This document shows positions 62,001 through 64,000 of a stretch of DNA of 64,000 bases, piece after piece. Below the pieces are notes generated by a model. The model was not told the origin of the DNA and did not search any database. It was given only the letters and a program-made list of their open reading frames with translations. Positions within the stretch are counted from its first letter, which is position 1; each line of letters begins with the position of its first letter. The DNA is from Ascoidea asiatica JCM 7603 (taxonomy: Eukaryota; Fungi; Ascomycota). The position numbers and the translations under genes were made by a program. The DNA lies in NCBI GenBank assembly GCA_001600695.1, contig BCKQ01000007.1:705712-769711 (forward strand), written 5' to 3'.

Positions 62001-63730
62001 TATCCTATCAATGAAGTCATGACATTTGATCTAAACAGATCTTATACTCATTATACGTTAAATATAAAGAAGTCCCAGTTACAACTACAGATAATTAATA
62101 AACAGCTTTATATCCAACTTTTATTACAACGCTTAATCAGCCTTCTCATATATTCAATCCAACTTTCCTTTTAAGTGATTCAACTCAAATAGATCCTACT
62201 GATGTTATTGATCCAAAGAAATATAAAGATCCTATCAAGAATCCTAATTATCGACTGGCCATTGATATAGAAGTTCAAGAATTTATGAATCAAAATGTCT
62301 TTGAAGAAGTTGAATGTAAAATTATTAAAAGAATTCCAACGTCTCATACTCATAAATTTGTACGGATGTTTACACAAAAATATGATACTTTTAAAAATGC
62401 TACTAGACATAGGGCAAGGCTGGTGGAATTAGGCAATAGAGAAGGTCAATTATCTACTTCAACTGATTCTTATGTTAGGCATAAAAGCTCCTTTAGGTTT
62501 TACTTAAATTTCTCTCGAATTAAATCTTCAAGTATTTGGTGTGGATATCAGTGCAGCTTTTCTGATTGCTAATCCAGGAACATCAATATACTGCGGGACT
62601 CCTGAGGGGAAGGAACATATAATTAACTCAAATGTCTTATCTTTAACAAGGCCGCTTATGGATTTAAGGATTGTTCCTTAAATTTTTATCTTCATCTTCG
62701 ACAACTCCTATCAACCATAACAATTGAAGATAACATACTAACTGAAAGTCAATCCAACTATAATATATACTATATTACTATCAATTATAAATCTAAGCTA
62801 ATTCTAGCTTTTGATGATGAAGATTTCAGCTTAGTCGGTACCTCCTTTTACTGTAACTACTTCATTGCGCAACTTAAAAAGGTTTACCAGGTAAAACATA
62901 CTTTTCAACTTGATTAAATTCTTGGCTGTCATCTTTCATATAAATCAGGATCCATCTCTATATCACAGACAGATTACATTACTACAACCCTACAAGAACA
63001 AGCCTGGGAATCAATCCCAACTGCTAAATCTGTATGTCATCTTACTCCTCCGACAGAATGGGCACCCTTAAGCTTACATACTATTCCTGTTTTAGATATT
63101 GAGATTCAAAGACTTTTAGGTCAGCTATTGTGGCTAGCTACCCAAACTAGAGCAGATGTTCTTTTTATGTCAGTTTAATATTCAGTTCTCCTTATACCAA
63201 ATTGATATTAGCCCAAATCAAGCAAATCTGCCGTTATCTTGAATACACAAAAGATTATGGAATCCGTGTTACTAAAAGCTCAAGAAGTATCATATCATAT
63301 TGTGATACAGGCTTGAATAATAATACTCAGCTTGGCTTTATTAAAACAATGGCTAATAATAATATTCAATGGAGTAGTTCTAAATGCAAAGTACCTGATA
63401 CCTCAACATATATTGCTGAACTTTATGCTGCTACATCATTCATTGAGTCTACATTATGTTCCAAAGGTCTCAAAGAAGTACTGCAACTTTACTCTCAGAT
63501 AATCTAGCTCTTGCTTCCGTTATTAAAGGTCATAATAATATTAAAAGTATGAGGCACTTCAAAAAGAGAATCAATAAACATAGAAAATTATATCAAACTA
63601 AATAATTTGAAATTAGTCATGTTCCTGGAATTTTAAATCCAGCGGATGTTTGAACAAAAGCTCTTCCTGGATCAAAATTGCTTTCACTATTGGAAGTAGA
63701 TAGTTTTCAGAGTACTATTATCTGTTATTA
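59052..63730 (+). mobile_element. Degenerate Ty1/copia retrotransposon (element D); 3' LTR not identified within the window
   Basis: PR VESGASHT ~60805. IN: HLINGHPS ~61252, LQTAHMYTIAP, MMDDYSGY, FNARIER (ORF 61294-61806). RT: HRARLVELGN ~62408, DISAAFL ~62544, KAAYGFK ~62648, AFDDED ~62807. RNase H: YCDTG ~63298, NPADV*TKAL ~63636. Candidate 5' LTR ends CA at 59314, followed by GGATTAGAA. Start approximate. Confidence 0.85.
61173..61204. repeat. Exact 16-bp tandem duplication (CCAGGTATAATATCAC)x2 disrupting copia D pol
   Basis: Directly visible. Confidence 0.85.
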
Positions 63731-64000
63731 ATTTGTTTTTTATTTTCTTTTTTATTTTTATTTTTGTTTACGTTATGTTCAATTTTGTTATCTACAATAT
63801 TTAATCTTTTTTTTTACTTAACATTTTGCATTAAAATTTGTCAAATAGTTTATCAAACTTTTCGAATAATGGTTAAGACGTGTTTATTATTTATTGTTAC
63901 AGATTGTACTAACTTTTATATATCAATTATTTGGTGCTATTTATGTTTTATTTTATTTTATTTTGTTTACTATTATTCCTTGGGGCTCTCACCTATTTTC

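Overview
Eukaryotic, very AT-rich genomic DNA from a budding yeast (Saccharomycotina) that retains respiratory complex I. The Asn/Ile/Lys-rich proteins, apparently intronless ORFs and near-absence of CTG codons resemble Ascoidea/Saccharomycopsis-type yeasts; this is an inference, not an identification. Positions 1-41.5 kb are a normal gene-dense arm: a secreted CBM1-like + DPBB (loosenin/expansin-like) protein, an orphan ORF, an intron-containing tRNA-Arg(CCG), an INP2-like gene, LST7, BUD20, AIM6, an SKG6-like gene, BUD32, an F-box-like/LRR protein, RIM101, WSC4, the complex I NDUFS4 subunit, SPC98, MOB2, APC1 and PIS1. From about 41.7 kb to the window end (over 22 kb) I find no intact host gene, only decayed LTR retrotransposons. 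These are a full-length Ty1/copia element with two diverged ~230-bp LTRs, a minus-strand Ty3/gypsy element carrying a nested opposite-strand gypsy integrase fragment, and a second copia element. The copia LTRs and one further site carry exact CDEI-type (Cbf1) RTCACRTG motifs, one of them in the best-conserved LTR block. My leading hypothesis is that this is a retrotransposon-cluster centromere or pericentromere with LTR-borne CDEI motifs. All calls come from reading motifs by eye; no database search was run.
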